A stretch of 63,283 nucleotides of DNA, the filler included, from Anaerolineae bacterium (GTDB lineage: Bacteria; Chloroflexota; Anaerolineae; Epilineales; Epilineaceae), in assembly GCA_029262755.1 (NCBI GenBank). It is 4 parts of 4 records of this genome, joined end to end, with 100 filler letters (N's around TTAATTAATTAA, not from the genome) between each part and the next. Parts side by side here need not be neighbours in the genome. Positions count along the whole stretch, not along the records: positions 40,638 to 58,099 come from JAJCYU010000304.1; positions 58,200 to 63,283 come from JAJCYU010000310.1; 2 more parts are not named here. One strand, given 5' to 3'. Positions 49,901 through 59,010 of the stretch are shown here, piece after piece. The notes below the pieces were generated by a model. It searched no databases. It saw nothing but the letters and a program-made list of their open reading frames with translations, and was not told the origin of the DNA. Numbering within the stretch: the first letter of the stretch is position 1; every line of letters starts with the position of its first letter. The position numbers and the translations under genes are program-made.

Positions 49901-52900
49901 TCTTTGAAGATGTTGTGACCGGCACCTATTTCACGCGCTTCTTCCCGCCGGACGGCTACACGGTCAGCCCGCCAAACGAGGGCGGCGATGACGCGCTCGA
50001 CAGCGACGGCGAGGCTTTCGGCACCGATCCGATCTTCGGCGACTACTACGATTCCACGACCTTCTCCGTGGTCTCCGGGACGGACGACCGCACCTGGGAC
50101 TTCGGCATCTGGCTCGACACGGACTATGGCGACGCGCCCTACGACGGTGGTGGCGATCTGTACCCGACCCAGGCCTCCTTGTTGGTTTCGCCTGCACTCG
50201 CCGCGCGCCACGTGATCAGTCCGGGTCTGAGCTTGGGCGGCGTGGTGGATGATGAGACCGACGGCCAGCCACAGGCGAAGGCCTTGGGCGATGACGACGG
50301 TAGCGCCGGCGATGACGAGGACGGGGTGGCCTTCCCGGAATTTATTCAAACGGCCGCTCGACCGGTCGGCATCCTGTCCCCGGGGAGCAACCCGCAGTTG
50401 ACCATCAGCGCCACCGTGCCGCCGGGCGAGGATGCCTTCCTCAACGCCTGGATCGACTGGAACGGCGACGGCGATTGGGACGACGCGGGCGAGCAGATCG
50501 CGACGGACGTCACTGTGGTTAGCGGCACCCAGACGCTGTCGATCTTGGTTCCCGTCGGCGCCGTCACCGGCACGACGCACGCACGCTTCCGCCTGAGCAC
50601 GGAAGAAGGCCTACTACCCACGGGCACGGCCCTGGACGGCGAGGTCGAGGACTATGCGGTCTTTATCCTGGCGCCGCCGGTGAAATCGCTGATCGCCACA
50701 TCGGAGGCGCACACCGACGGCGCCGATCCGGAGCAGCTGGTGGTGGGCGAAATCGCACGCTATCGCGTCGAGATTCCGGTACCCGAAGGAGTCATGCCCG
50801 GCTTCGTCATCACCGAGGTGCTCAGTCCGGGCCTGCAATTCATCGACGATGGCACGGCCACGCTGGCCCTCGTTTCGACGGACGGAATGACCTCTACCGA
50901 CACGGCGCTCGACGCGGCCGCGGTGTCCGGCGACGGGTCGACCCTGGGAACCATCACGCCGACCTTCGTGATACCCGGCGCCAACATCAGCCCCGCCTCC
51001 CCCGGCAGCGGCGACGACCCCGTATTCTCTCTCGGCGACGTGACCAACCCGGACGCGGACGCCGATCTGGAATACGTGGTGCTGGAACACAACGTCATCG
51101 TGGTCAACGAATTGGCGGTGCAGGACGGGCTGCTGCTCACCGACCGCTTCGACGTGCAGTTCGGGACGGCCCTTCGTTCGACCGAGGTCATCACGGTCGA
51201 GGTGGTCGAGCCGGTGCTCACGATCGACAAGTCCCTGGACGTGCCGGCCGTGCTCGGCCCGGGCTCGCCGGTGACCTATACCCTGGTGGTCACGCACGAC
51301 GGGATCACGCGCGCCGACGCCTTCGACGTGGTTATCACCGACCCGATGCCCAGCGAGCTGATCAACGTGACGGTCGTCTCGGTGACCGCGGATATCAGCC
51401 CCATACCGACTTCCTCCGTGACGTCGAATCTCGTGCGCGTGCCCGGTGGAACGGCGGCGTTCGACCTGCCGCAGGGCGCGGCGGTGACCGTCACGATCAC
51501 CGCGGATATCGGGCCCAGTGTGACCGCGGGTACGTTCATCACCAACCCCGCGCTGGTCGGATGGACGACACTGCCGGACGACGGCACCCCCGGCAACCCG
51601 ACGGGCTCGTTGCCGCCCGGCAACTCGGGTGACGCGGATGGGGAGCGCAACGGCGACGGCGGCGTCAACGACCAGTTGCGCAGCGACCTGGCGGACTTCT
51701 TCATCAACGCGGAGTGGGGCGACCTGCCCGACTTCTACCCGACCCTGTTGGCCGACGGCGGAGCGGCGCACCTGATTCCGGTTACCGGAAACGTGCGGCT
51801 GGGCCTGCTGCTGGATGCGGACATCGACGGCCAGCCGAACATCGGCGCGGACGGCGACGACACGGATGGCGATGGCGACGACGAGGACGGCATCGTCTTC
51901 CTCGATCCGCTGCAGCCCGGGCAGCCCTCGCGCGTGCAGGTGACCACCAGTGGCGCAGGCTTCCTGAATGCCTGGTTCGACTTCGACGGCGACGGGATTT
52001 TGGGTGCCGGCGAGCAGGTGGCGCTCGACGCGCCTTTGCCGGCGGGCACCTCCATTATCACCGTCACGCCGCCCTTTGCGCCGATCTCGACCACCGTGTA
52101 CAGCCGCTTCCGGTACACGACCGATCCGGGCGATGCCACGACCCCGGGCGGGAACGCCTTTAGCGGTGAGGTCGAGGACTACGCCCTGATGAGCCTCGGC
52201 GACCTCCTGTGGAACGACAACGGCGTCGGCGGCGGCACGCCGGACGACGGCATCCTCAACGGAGCCGAGCCGCCCCTGCCATTCGTTGAGGTCCAGTTGT
52301 ATCGCGTGGGCGACAGCGTGGGCGTGGACCCGCCACGGGCGGCGACAACCACGGATGCCTCGGGCAACTACATCTTCACCGGGCTCGAGCCGGACGACTA
52401 CATCGTCTATATCCCACCGAGCCAGTTTGCGGTCGGCGCTCCGTTGGAGGGATTCTTCTCCTCCACCGGCGACGGTGACCCGAACCTCGATCTGGACGAG
52501 GGCATGGACGAGAGCGGGCTGGACAGCATCGATCCGGCCACCACCGGAATCGCCTCCGCCCCGGTCACGCTCACGCCGGCCGGTGAGCCGACGGGCGAAG
52601 ACGGCGATTCAAACTCCAACCTCACCGTGGACTTCGGATTCACGCCGGCAACCGACCTCACGATCGACAAGGATTGCGTCTCCGAGAGCGGCGACCCGGA
52701 CTTCGTGAATGCCGGCGAGCGCTGGATCTGCACGGTATCGATCGAGAATCTGGGTCCGAACGACGCGCCGAACATGCGTGTCACCGATACCGTCGGCGCC
52801 GGCCTGCTCTTCAGCAGCGAGACGGACACCTGTGTCTTCTCGGCGGGGACCGGCGTGGATGGACGCGACGAATTGCTCTGCCGCCCGGCGGGCACGGCGC

Positions 52901-53415
52901 CCGACTGGATCCTACCGGTGGGCAGCACCGCGGCCTTCAGCATCGCCTTCGCGGTGCCCTTCGATTACGACGACGACTTCGCAATCAACGACGCGGCCGT
53001 CGATCAGGCCGGCATCGAACTCGATCCGAACAACAACAGCACGCGTCACGCGGACATCGTGCGGCCGTTGGCTCCCACGGGGGTCAGCGTGATCCGCTTT
53101 GAGGCCGCCGCCGACGAAGAAACGGTGACGATCGAGTGGGAGACCGCCAGCGAGCTCGACCAGAGCGGGTTCCGCCTGATGCGGGTCGCCACGGTGGCTG
53201 GGCGATGGGAGGAAGTCGGCGAGCTCGTGCCATCCAGAGGCGGCGCCTCGCGCGGTGCGAGTTACCGTGTGGACGACCGACCTGGTGAAGGCCGCTGGAT
53301 CTATCGCCTCGAGGCCGTTGCCCTTGACGGTGGGGTGCGGGACTTTGGTCCGGTCGAGGTTTCGGTGTCACCGCAGCCGCGTATCTACCTGCCTTATGCG
53401 ATGTTGCGTCGCTAG
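46999..53415 (+). CDS. Giant surface protein: DUF11/pilin-isopeptide-like repeats, SdrD-B, 2x GEVED, WETASE domain, IYLP tail
   Basis: Signal peptide ending VRA-Q; repeated K-S/T...PG..[IV]TY[TV][LI]...N...V.D.[IL]P modules; GEVEDY twice; PTGVSVIRF...IEWETASELDQSGFRLMR; ends RIYLPYAMLRR. Confidence 0.9.
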   Translation: MMKVTRPGVARWRLATRAGGIAVGIFTLVLFSLSLGLEREVRAQPSALLNGSKTFAGGASELLVESGLEFEYAINFRCASVINNCLDAEMSDVLDGNLEFVSASAPPDLVDSLTHNPGTNEVLVDFIEPLPAGSTGQIRITVRFPPGTTPGITATNRVTSTTMGNPPEVTDPVTATVDGTFEMFANKAFTGDVDDFVIDENGDGFVTTYQLQICSPDSIGGVELDNPRITDTLPAEATFVSASDGGVYNPTLHEVSWTHVSDGGGLPDSIPVGGCFEVTLNVAFDPNGPDGIPSTADDADPGDVVTNSFDVTGDPADGSPPVLLTDPLTQILAPPSGAASPQKSSTSPSTYAPTGLTEELPGGPITYTLEYANVGTLIITDVTVVDLIPAGILLQEILIGPASDGVVDGFYMTNLTTTWQALPGNSYAALTTVPTSSLGLAPTETVTAIRYDLGDFPLGSAWSDGGFTSIVSPSITPELLIENCVTVTGTIQGDTMLEDLVESDCETINVIDARSIPEISKSAIDESGANISSLEPLDVFTYVLDIGNDGVAQQALFAPITLTDLVPSDLIVVVPGPGAGDGTGWQTAAPTDTWFAYSANDGAPIPTSTLISSFSGTQTLAEFAWPGADLAPGAQRVISFAVKVRVGTPPSVISNQGTFAWDPATLNPLQFDCEGAAANACADSVDTPVVIAPSARSEKFVRGETSLDLVTTDFKKFDETIEGGDVDWKIVITNTSNITASELIVYDIFPYVSDTGVIDPSARGSEWKPILHTPISAPTGIPLIVEYSLSTNPCRPEVVPSGPPGCVDDWTTTFPSTTVAEISAVRLLFCNDEAKTDCLELGPDSETVPGGVVEFGWHMVAPNSLVSGTIAWNSFGFAMNVGGEPLLPSEPIRVGIRGVSPDLRTGATVGNFVFFDVQGQQDDGIQQPVEPGVNNVRVELWDFNGGTPVLVDYRYTGDNFVGDPGYYLFEDVVTGTYFTRFFPPDGYTVSPPNEGGDDALDSDGEAFGTDPIFGDYYDSTTFSVVSGTDDRTWDFGIWLDTDYGDAPYDGGGDLYPTQASLLVSPALAARHVISPGLSLGGVVDDETDGQPQAKALGDDDGSAGDDEDGVAFPEFIQTAARPVGILSPGSNPQLTISATVPPGEDAFLNAWIDWNGDGDWDDAGEQIATDVTVVSGTQTLSILVPVGAVTGTTHARFRLSTEEGLLPTGTALDGEVEDYAVFILAPPVKSLIATSEAHTDGADPEQLVVGEIARYRVEIPVPEGVMPGFVITEVLSPGLQFIDDGTATLALVSTDGMTSTDTALDAAAVSGDGSTLGTITPTFVIPGANISPASPGSGDDPVFSLGDVTNPDADADLEYVVLEHNVIVVNELAVQDGLLLTDRFDVQFGTALRSTEVITVEVVEPVLTIDKSLDVPAVLGPGSPVTYTLVVTHDGITRADAFDVVITDPMPSELINVTVVSVTADISPIPTSSVTSNLVRVPGGTAAFDLPQGAAVTVTITADIGPSVTAGTFITNPALVGWTTLPDDGTPGNPTGSLPPGNSGDADGERNGDGGVNDQLRSDLADFFINAEWGDLPDFYPTLLADGGAAHLIPVTGNVRLGLLLDADIDGQPNIGADGDDTDGDGDDEDGIVFLDPLQPGQPSRVQVTTSGAGFLNAWFDFDGDGILGAGEQVALDAPLPAGTSIITVTPPFAPISTTVYSRFRYTTDPGDATTPGGNAFSGEVEDYALMSLGDLLWNDNGVGGGTPDDGILNGAEPPLPFVEVQLYRVGDSVGVDPPRAATTTDASGNYIFTGLEPDDYIVYIPPSQFAVGAPLEGFFSSTGDGDPNLDLDEGMDESGLDSIDPATTGIASAPVTLTPAGEPTGEDGDSNSNLTVDFGFTPATDLTIDKDCVSESGDPDFVNAGERWICTVSIENLGPNDAPNMRVTDTVGAGLLFSSETDTCVFSAGTGVDGRDELLCRPAGTAPDWILPVGSTAAFSIAFAVPFDYDDDFAINDAAVDQAGIELDPNNNSTRHADIVRPLAPTGVSVIRFEAAADEETVTIEWETASELDQSGFRLMRVATVAGRWEEVGELVPSRGGASRGASYRVDDRPGEGRWIYRLEAVALDGGVRDFGPVEVSVSPQPRIYLPYAMLRR

Positions 53416-53523
53416 GTCGGCGAGACGATTCGAAAGTGCGACGCGGGTCGTCGGGAAGCCGGCGGCCCGCGGTGTTCGTGACCCAAGGCACTTCCATTGA
53501 CCCCCCATGGGGGAATCCCTAGC

Positions 53524-56500
53524 ATGATCCGCATGAAGATTGGGACACATGGTACAAGCCTTGTTGCGGCCGCCGGCCTGGCGGCCGTGTGGCTTGGCGC
53601 GGTCGTGGCTCCCGGCATGGCGATTTCGACCGTCTCGGCCGACGCCCCGGAGGTCGTGGCCGACGGGGGCGCCACGCCGCTTCAGGGCATGCCCACGCTG
53701 CGGTATGCGGACGACGCGCGTATCGTCGTTCGATGGATGGCGCCCGATTCGGCCAGTCCCAGGGTCGGGCATGGGGCCACCCTGATGGCGCGGCACGGCG
53801 TACTGTTGGCCCTACCGCCGGAGGGCGAGGCGGGGCTGCGCTGGAAATCCCGGGGCGCGCGGACCGTGGCGGGCACCGTGTCGCCGGCGATCGCCGCGGA
53901 ATGGGAGGCTGCGCCGGCGCCGGCCGTTCGGCTTGTCGAGTTGGGCTGGTTTCGTGGCCAACGTCTTGCCCGCATGGAATTCGCCCCGTATCGCGTTGAT
54001 CGGGGGACCGGGTTGGGCACGGTGACCCTCCTTGAGCAGATCGAGGCCACCGTGGATCTGGTGCCCCCTACCGGCGGCGGCCCGAACCATCACGAGGTGG
54101 CCAGCACGGCTACCAGCGTTCGTTCCGCCATCGCACCGGACCCGTTGCTCGATGGCGTGCTGGGGGACCGACCGTTGAATGCGGTGCAGGCCGAAGCGTG
54201 GCGCCTCGCGCGCGGGCCTTCCGCTGTGGCGCTGGATCAAATGGCGGAGGCACCCAGCGCCGCGGGACCGGTGTGGAACCTACATGTGGCCAGGGACGGG
54301 ATGGTGCGCGTGACCGGTGCGGCCCTGGCTGAGGCCGGCGGCGACATCGCGGCCGTCGATCCGCGAGAACTCTGGCTCTATGACGACGGCGAGCCGGTGG
54401 ACGTACTCATGACGGGGGACGGCGACGGGGCCTTCGACGCCAACGACAGCCTGCTGTTCTACGGTCGCGCCACAAATTCACGCTATTCGACGACGCGGGT
54501 CTATCAGCTAGGCCAGGGTGCAGAGCCGGGGCCGCGCATGGCGACGAGGGACGTGAGGCCGGCGGGCAGCGCGGCGCAGACGTGGACGCAGGCCGTCGTC
54601 CGGGTCGAGCAGGACGAGGAGTACATCGCAGAACTGCCGCGCGATTGGGCCATCCGACCGTCGCACGCGTCGACCGTCGATCGCTGGTATGGGCGGCAGC
54701 TCTCGGCGCCGGACTCGACGGCGGTCGTGGTCACGCTGCCGGCGGTGGCGCCGGGCGATTGGACCGGCACGCTGCGTGTGGCGGTGGTCGGCAAGACCCT
54801 GGACTACGGCGTTGATCCCGATCATCACCTGCGGCTGAAGGTCGGCGATGTCGTACTGCGGGACGCCTTCTGGGATGGGCGCGATGCGGTTCAGGAGATC
54901 ACGGCCCCGTTGCCTTCTGCGCTGATCGACGGCGACACGTTGACGTTGACGCTCGAGGCGGGCGGCGAGAGCGCAGCGGTCTTCGATCAGTTCTACATCG
55001 ACTGGCTCGAGGTGGACTACCGCCGGCGGCTCGAGGCGGCCGGCGGGCGGCTGGTGCTGGAAGCCCTGTCCGAGGCGACGGACATCCTGGTGGGCGGTCT
55101 GGAGGATGCCGCCGTGGCCGGCTTCGACATCAGCGATCCCCACCATCCGGTCAAGGCGCAGGGCATGGGGATGAGGAGGGCGGATGGCGCCTTCGAGGCG
55201 CGCTTCCGGTCCGGCGGACAGGTAGCGGCAGGTGCTCCCGGCGAGCGCTACCTTCTGCTTTCGCAGGCTCGGTACGCGGCGCCTGCGCGCATCGAGGCCC
55301 GCCCCGCGACGGACCTGCGTGACACGGAGCGAGGCGCAGATTGGCTAGTGATCAGTCATCCGGATTTCGTCGATGCCGTGCAGCCGCTCGCGACGCACCG
55401 CGCAGCGCTGGGGTATCGGGTCGCCGTCGTCGACCTTGTGGACGTTTACGATGCCTTCGCTGGAGGCAATCCGCGCCCCGAGGCAATCCGCGACTTCCTT
55501 GCCTACGCCTACCAGACGTGGGCGGCGCCGGCGCCGTCGATGGTGCTGCTCGTGGGCGATGGGACAGCCGACCCTCGGCGGCGGACGGAGGGGACCCAGC
55601 CGACCTTCGTGCCCCCCTTCCTGCGCGTGGCCGATCCCTGGTTGGGTGAGATTGCGTCGGACAACGCCTATGTCACGTTGGTGGGCGACGACCTGATGCC
55701 GGACATGGCACTCGGCCGGCTGCCGGCGAACACGCCGGAACAGGCCGCGGACATGGTGGCCAAGATCCTGGGCTATGAGACGGCGCCGCCGCCGGGAGAC
55801 TGGCAGGAGCGCCTGCTCTTCGTGACGGATGAGCCCGATTCGGCCGGCGACTTCTACGCCTTCTCTGACGAGATCGCGGACAACCACGTGCCCGCCGACT
55901 ATCAGGTCGAGAAGATCTATCACATGCTCACCCACCCGGACCGGACGGCGGCCAGGCAGGCGATCATCGACGAGATCAATCGTGGCGTGTTGCTGACCCA
56001 GTACATTGGGCACGGGCGCACACTTAACTGGGCGGTCGAAAATCTCCTGCGACGGGCGGACATGGACGACCTGACCAATGGCGGGCGATTGCCCGTGATG
56101 TTGGACATGACCTGCATGACCGGGCGCTTCGCGGAACTTGAACGAAGCGCCATCGCTGAGGATGCGGTCCGTGCGCCCAATGGCGGGGCCATCGCCGCCT
56201 ACTCGCCGACAGGCTTTGGGGTGGCGACGGGCCACGATCCCATGAACAGGGCCTTTCTCGACGCCCTGTTGGGGGAGGGGATGCGGCCATTGGGCGCCGT
56301 CGTGTTGCGCAGCAAACTGCATCTTCTGGAGGAGACACGTTCGCACCACGATCTCGTCGAGACGTTCTCGCTTTTGGGCGATCCTGGTCTGGAGGTGGTG
56401 CTTCCCTTCGGGCCGCCGACGCCTGTGGAGAGCACGACGCCGCGGGCCGCAACGCCCACGCCGGAGCCTACGGCCGGAACCGCGCCCGCACCCGGCGCGA

Positions 56501-56700
56501 CCCCGACGCCCGGTTCAACCCCCGAGCAGACGCCCACACCGACGACCACGGCCGAGCCGGAGCGCAGCCCGACGGCGCCGCCATCCGAGACGCCGACGTC
56601 GGCGTCGGATACTCCGGTGGCACCCACCGCGACCGGCCGGCCGTTGGCGCCCTCGATATACCTGCCGATGGTGGTGCGGCGGCGGAAAGGTGTTTCGTAG
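53524..56700 (+). CDS. C25-family (gingipain/PorU-like) cysteine peptidase with PT linker and IYLP tail
   Basis: Signal peptide; propeptide-like LGWFRGQRLA; DGMVRVTG...LLFYG...RYSTTRVY; ADWLVISH, VYDAFAGG, AIRDFL, VLLVGDG, SDNAY and PDMALGRLPA. Catalytic His in YIGHG (56011) and Cys in MTCMTG (56113). NGGAIA and LLGDPGL follow; ends SIYLPMVVRRRKGVS. Confidence 0.93.
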   Translation: MIRMKIGTHGTSLVAAAGLAAVWLGAVVAPGMAISTVSADAPEVVADGGATPLQGMPTLRYADDARIVVRWMAPDSASPRVGHGATLMARHGVLLALPPEGEAGLRWKSRGARTVAGTVSPAIAAEWEAAPAPAVRLVELGWFRGQRLARMEFAPYRVDRGTGLGTVTLLEQIEATVDLVPPTGGGPNHHEVASTATSVRSAIAPDPLLDGVLGDRPLNAVQAEAWRLARGPSAVALDQMAEAPSAAGPVWNLHVARDGMVRVTGAALAEAGGDIAAVDPRELWLYDDGEPVDVLMTGDGDGAFDANDSLLFYGRATNSRYSTTRVYQLGQGAEPGPRMATRDVRPAGSAAQTWTQAVVRVEQDEEYIAELPRDWAIRPSHASTVDRWYGRQLSAPDSTAVVVTLPAVAPGDWTGTLRVAVVGKTLDYGVDPDHHLRLKVGDVVLRDAFWDGRDAVQEITAPLPSALIDGDTLTLTLEAGGESAAVFDQFYIDWLEVDYRRRLEAAGGRLVLEALSEATDILVGGLEDAAVAGFDISDPHHPVKAQGMGMRRADGAFEARFRSGGQVAAGAPGERYLLLSQARYAAPARIEARPATDLRDTERGADWLVISHPDFVDAVQPLATHRAALGYRVAVVDLVDVYDAFAGGNPRPEAIRDFLAYAYQTWAAPAPSMVLLVGDGTADPRRRTEGTQPTFVPPFLRVADPWLGEIASDNAYVTLVGDDLMPDMALGRLPANTPEQAADMVAKILGYETAPPPGDWQERLLFVTDEPDSAGDFYAFSDEIADNHVPADYQVEKIYHMLTHPDRTAARQAIIDEINRGVLLTQYIGHGRTLNWAVENLLRRADMDDLTNGGRLPVMLDMTCMTGRFAELERSAIAEDAVRAPNGGAIAAYSPTGFGVATGHDPMNRAFLDALLGEGMRPLGAVVLRSKLHLLEETRSHHDLVETFSLLGDPGLEVVLPFGPPTPVESTTPRAATPTPEPTAGTAPAPGATPTPGSTPEQTPTPTTTAEPERSPTAPPSETPTSASDTPVAPTATGRPLAPSIYLPMVVRRRKGVS

Positions 56701-57086
56701 GGTCCTCCTCGGAGGGCTCGTCCGGAAAATGAGAATTGACTGAGTGCGCCCGTATCTCGGCGCGTTCACTTCTCGTTCTTACTCGAGGGCGTTTCATGCG
56801 CGCTCACGTAGTTTTTCGTCTCTATGAGCGGCCAAGGTTCGGCGGCTCCTGTCAATTTGAATGGTTCTTTGTGTTCGGCTCACAGGCCGATCGCGCCGCT
56901 GAAGGCCAGGCGTGCGCCATGGATCGCGGCCTGTTGCAGTGCTTCGGGGAGACAAGGGGGAAGCCAGGAATGACATTTAACCAGCGACGGCGCCTCTTGG
57001 CGCCGGCCGTCTGATTCTCTGCTCCTCCGACCGATGTGTCGAAGCACTTCACACACCACACCCGTCCGCTGACAGGGGAACACCCG

Positions 57087-58099
57087 ATGTCCATTGCCGC
57101 GAATCGCCTCATCCACCTCACCCGACGCAGCGGTCTTGCCGCGCGTGTCGTCGCCGCGCTGGTTGCGGTCGGCCTGGTCGCGGCCCTGCCCATGGGGGCA
57201 GTGCGTCCCGATGTGCCGCCGGATGACGCGGTGCGTGCCGCCGCGCTTCTGGCGCCGGACAACATCAGCGGAGGGCCGGACGACTTCGGCTACACCTTCC
57301 GGGACATCGAGGTGGATCCGGGCATTGGTGAGGAGTGGCATAACGCATGCGCAACGGGCACGGTGATCAGCGGCACCACGCTCGGCGACGACGGCTCCTT
57401 CACCATCTCGGGCTTCCCCTTCCCCTTCAAGTATTACGGTGTGCAGCGCGAGGGTGCCGACCTGACGGTCAGTGCCAACGGCTTCGCCTCCTTCGCGGCC
57501 GCGGGCGCCGCGAATCCCGACAATGTCGGCATCCCGGACGCGGCGGATCCCAACGACGCGGTCTATCCCTTCTGGGATGACCTGGATCCCACGAACGCCC
57601 TCACGATCACCGGCATCGCGCCCATCTTGTGTCATCAGACCATCGGCACGCCCGGCAACCGCAAGCTGGTCGTGCAGTGGCAGGAGATCCCTTTCTCGCC
57701 GACCCCGGATCACGTCAGCGCTGAGGCGGGCACGGACGAGGACGGTTACGTCACCTTCCAGGCACAGTTCGTCGAGGGCGGCGCGATTCGCTTCGAATAT
57801 CAGCAGCCCCTGGGCTGTACGCTCAGCGATTGTGTGCGCGGTTTCGGCGAGTCGGCCACCGTGGGCATCGAGAGCAGCCTGGCGCTCGGACCGACGGGCC
57901 TGCAGTACTTGCACGACGAGCCGGTGCTGGAGTCGAAGAAGGAGGGGCAGATCATCTCCTCCATCCTCTTCGAGCCGCCACAGCTGGCCATCGACAAGAG
58001 CTGTTTCGCGGCCGAGACCCTGCTGTCCAATCCGGGGCCCGGAACCCACCAGAGCATCGTCCTCGCGGGCCAGCAGTGGGTCTGCGAGATCCGGATCAC
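57087..58099 (+). CDS. Exported protein with a GGPDxFGY-type N-terminal beta domain and the start of a Cys-DUF11 module; truncated
   Basis: Signal-like hydrophobic segment; GGPDDFGYTF, GFPFPFKYYG, VSANGF, YPFWDDLDP and SATVGIE; then LAIDKSC...AGQQWVCEIRI, as in the giant proteins. Confidence 0.8.
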
Positions 58100-58199
58100 N
58101 NNNNNNNNNNNNNNNNNNNNNNNNNNNNNNNNNNNNNNNNNNNTTAATTAATTAANNNNNNNNNNNNNNNNNNNNNNNNNNNNNNNNNNNNNNNNNNNN
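58100..58199. other. Artificial contig linker
   Basis: 44 N + TTAATTAATTAA + 44 N. Confidence 0.99.
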
Positions 58200-58247
58200 C
58201 CCGCCCCGCTTCCGTTTACTGCGGTGTTGCGTTGTCCTACGTGCTAC

Positions 58248-58820
58248 CTAGCGGCCGCCGATGGGGCCGTTCGGGTTCGGTGCCAGCGTGTTCGGCAGGC
58301 ACAGCAGCATCGGGTTGAGCGGCGGCGTCGCCGGGCTCCAGCCCGTCGGGCAGCCACCGGGCGGGATCTCACCGATCGCCCGACCCGGGATCAACGGCAT
58401 GTGGAAGTTGGTCGGCATGCAGCCAAGCACGGGGTTCAGCGGCGAGGTCGCCGGCCGGAAGCCCTCGGGGCAGATGCCGTCCGGACGTCCCGCACGCAGC
58501 TTCGGGCGCTCCGAGGCGACGATGTCGCCGGGCAGGCAGCCCAGTACCGGATTCAGCGGCGGCGTTGCCTGGTTCCAACCCTCGGGGCACTCGCCCTCCG
58601 GCGGCGCCGGCTGGTTGCCCAGATCGATCAAGATCGAATCTGGGAGGCACACCAGAATCGGGTTGAGCGGCGGGGTCACCGGTCGCCAACCGCTGGGGCA
58701 AAGCTCGAGCCCGCCCCCCTTCCGTGCTGCGCTGACATCCGCGAATCCCGCGGCCGCCACAAGGGCGAACATGCTCGATGCAACCAACACCTTCAAGACG
58801 GTCCGTACAGAGAAGCTCAT
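58248..58820 (-). CDS. Small secreted protein with four Cys-bracketed repeats CPxG[WF]xxxT[PS]PLNPxLxC[LM]P
   Basis: Signal peptide MSFSVRTVLKVLVASSMFALVAAAGFADVSA; four aligned repeats read directly. Confidence 0.8.
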   Translation of the reverse strand: MSFSVRTVLKVLVASSMFALVAAAGFADVSAARKGGGLELCPSGWRPVTPPLNPILVCLPDSILIDLGNQPAPPEGECPEGWNQATPPLNPVLGCLPGDIVASERPKLRAGRPDGICPEGFRPATSPLNPVLGCMPTNFHMPLIPGRAIGEIPPGGCPTGWSPATPPLNPMLLCLPNTLAPNPNGPIGGR

Positions 58821-59010
58821 GATCCAAAATCCTTTGGGTAACAAGACCACAATGGTCCGATCGAATGATCATCGAGATCGATGTGCGCCCAGGCCGATGA
58901 CCAAAACCGTAGAGCGGACAGCACGGTCACGACTCTACCGGTTGGGCAGCGGTGCCCGATACGGGCTTGGGCCACAAATGGGCCACTTGTGGGCCAATGT
59001 GATTCGGGAC

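Noticed and set aside
13047..58199. Three identical TTAATTAATTAA elements flanked by Ns, read as biological repeats or att sites
   Set aside because: They are fixed 100-nt all-frame-stop contig spacers. Gene neighbourhoods across them were not interpreted.
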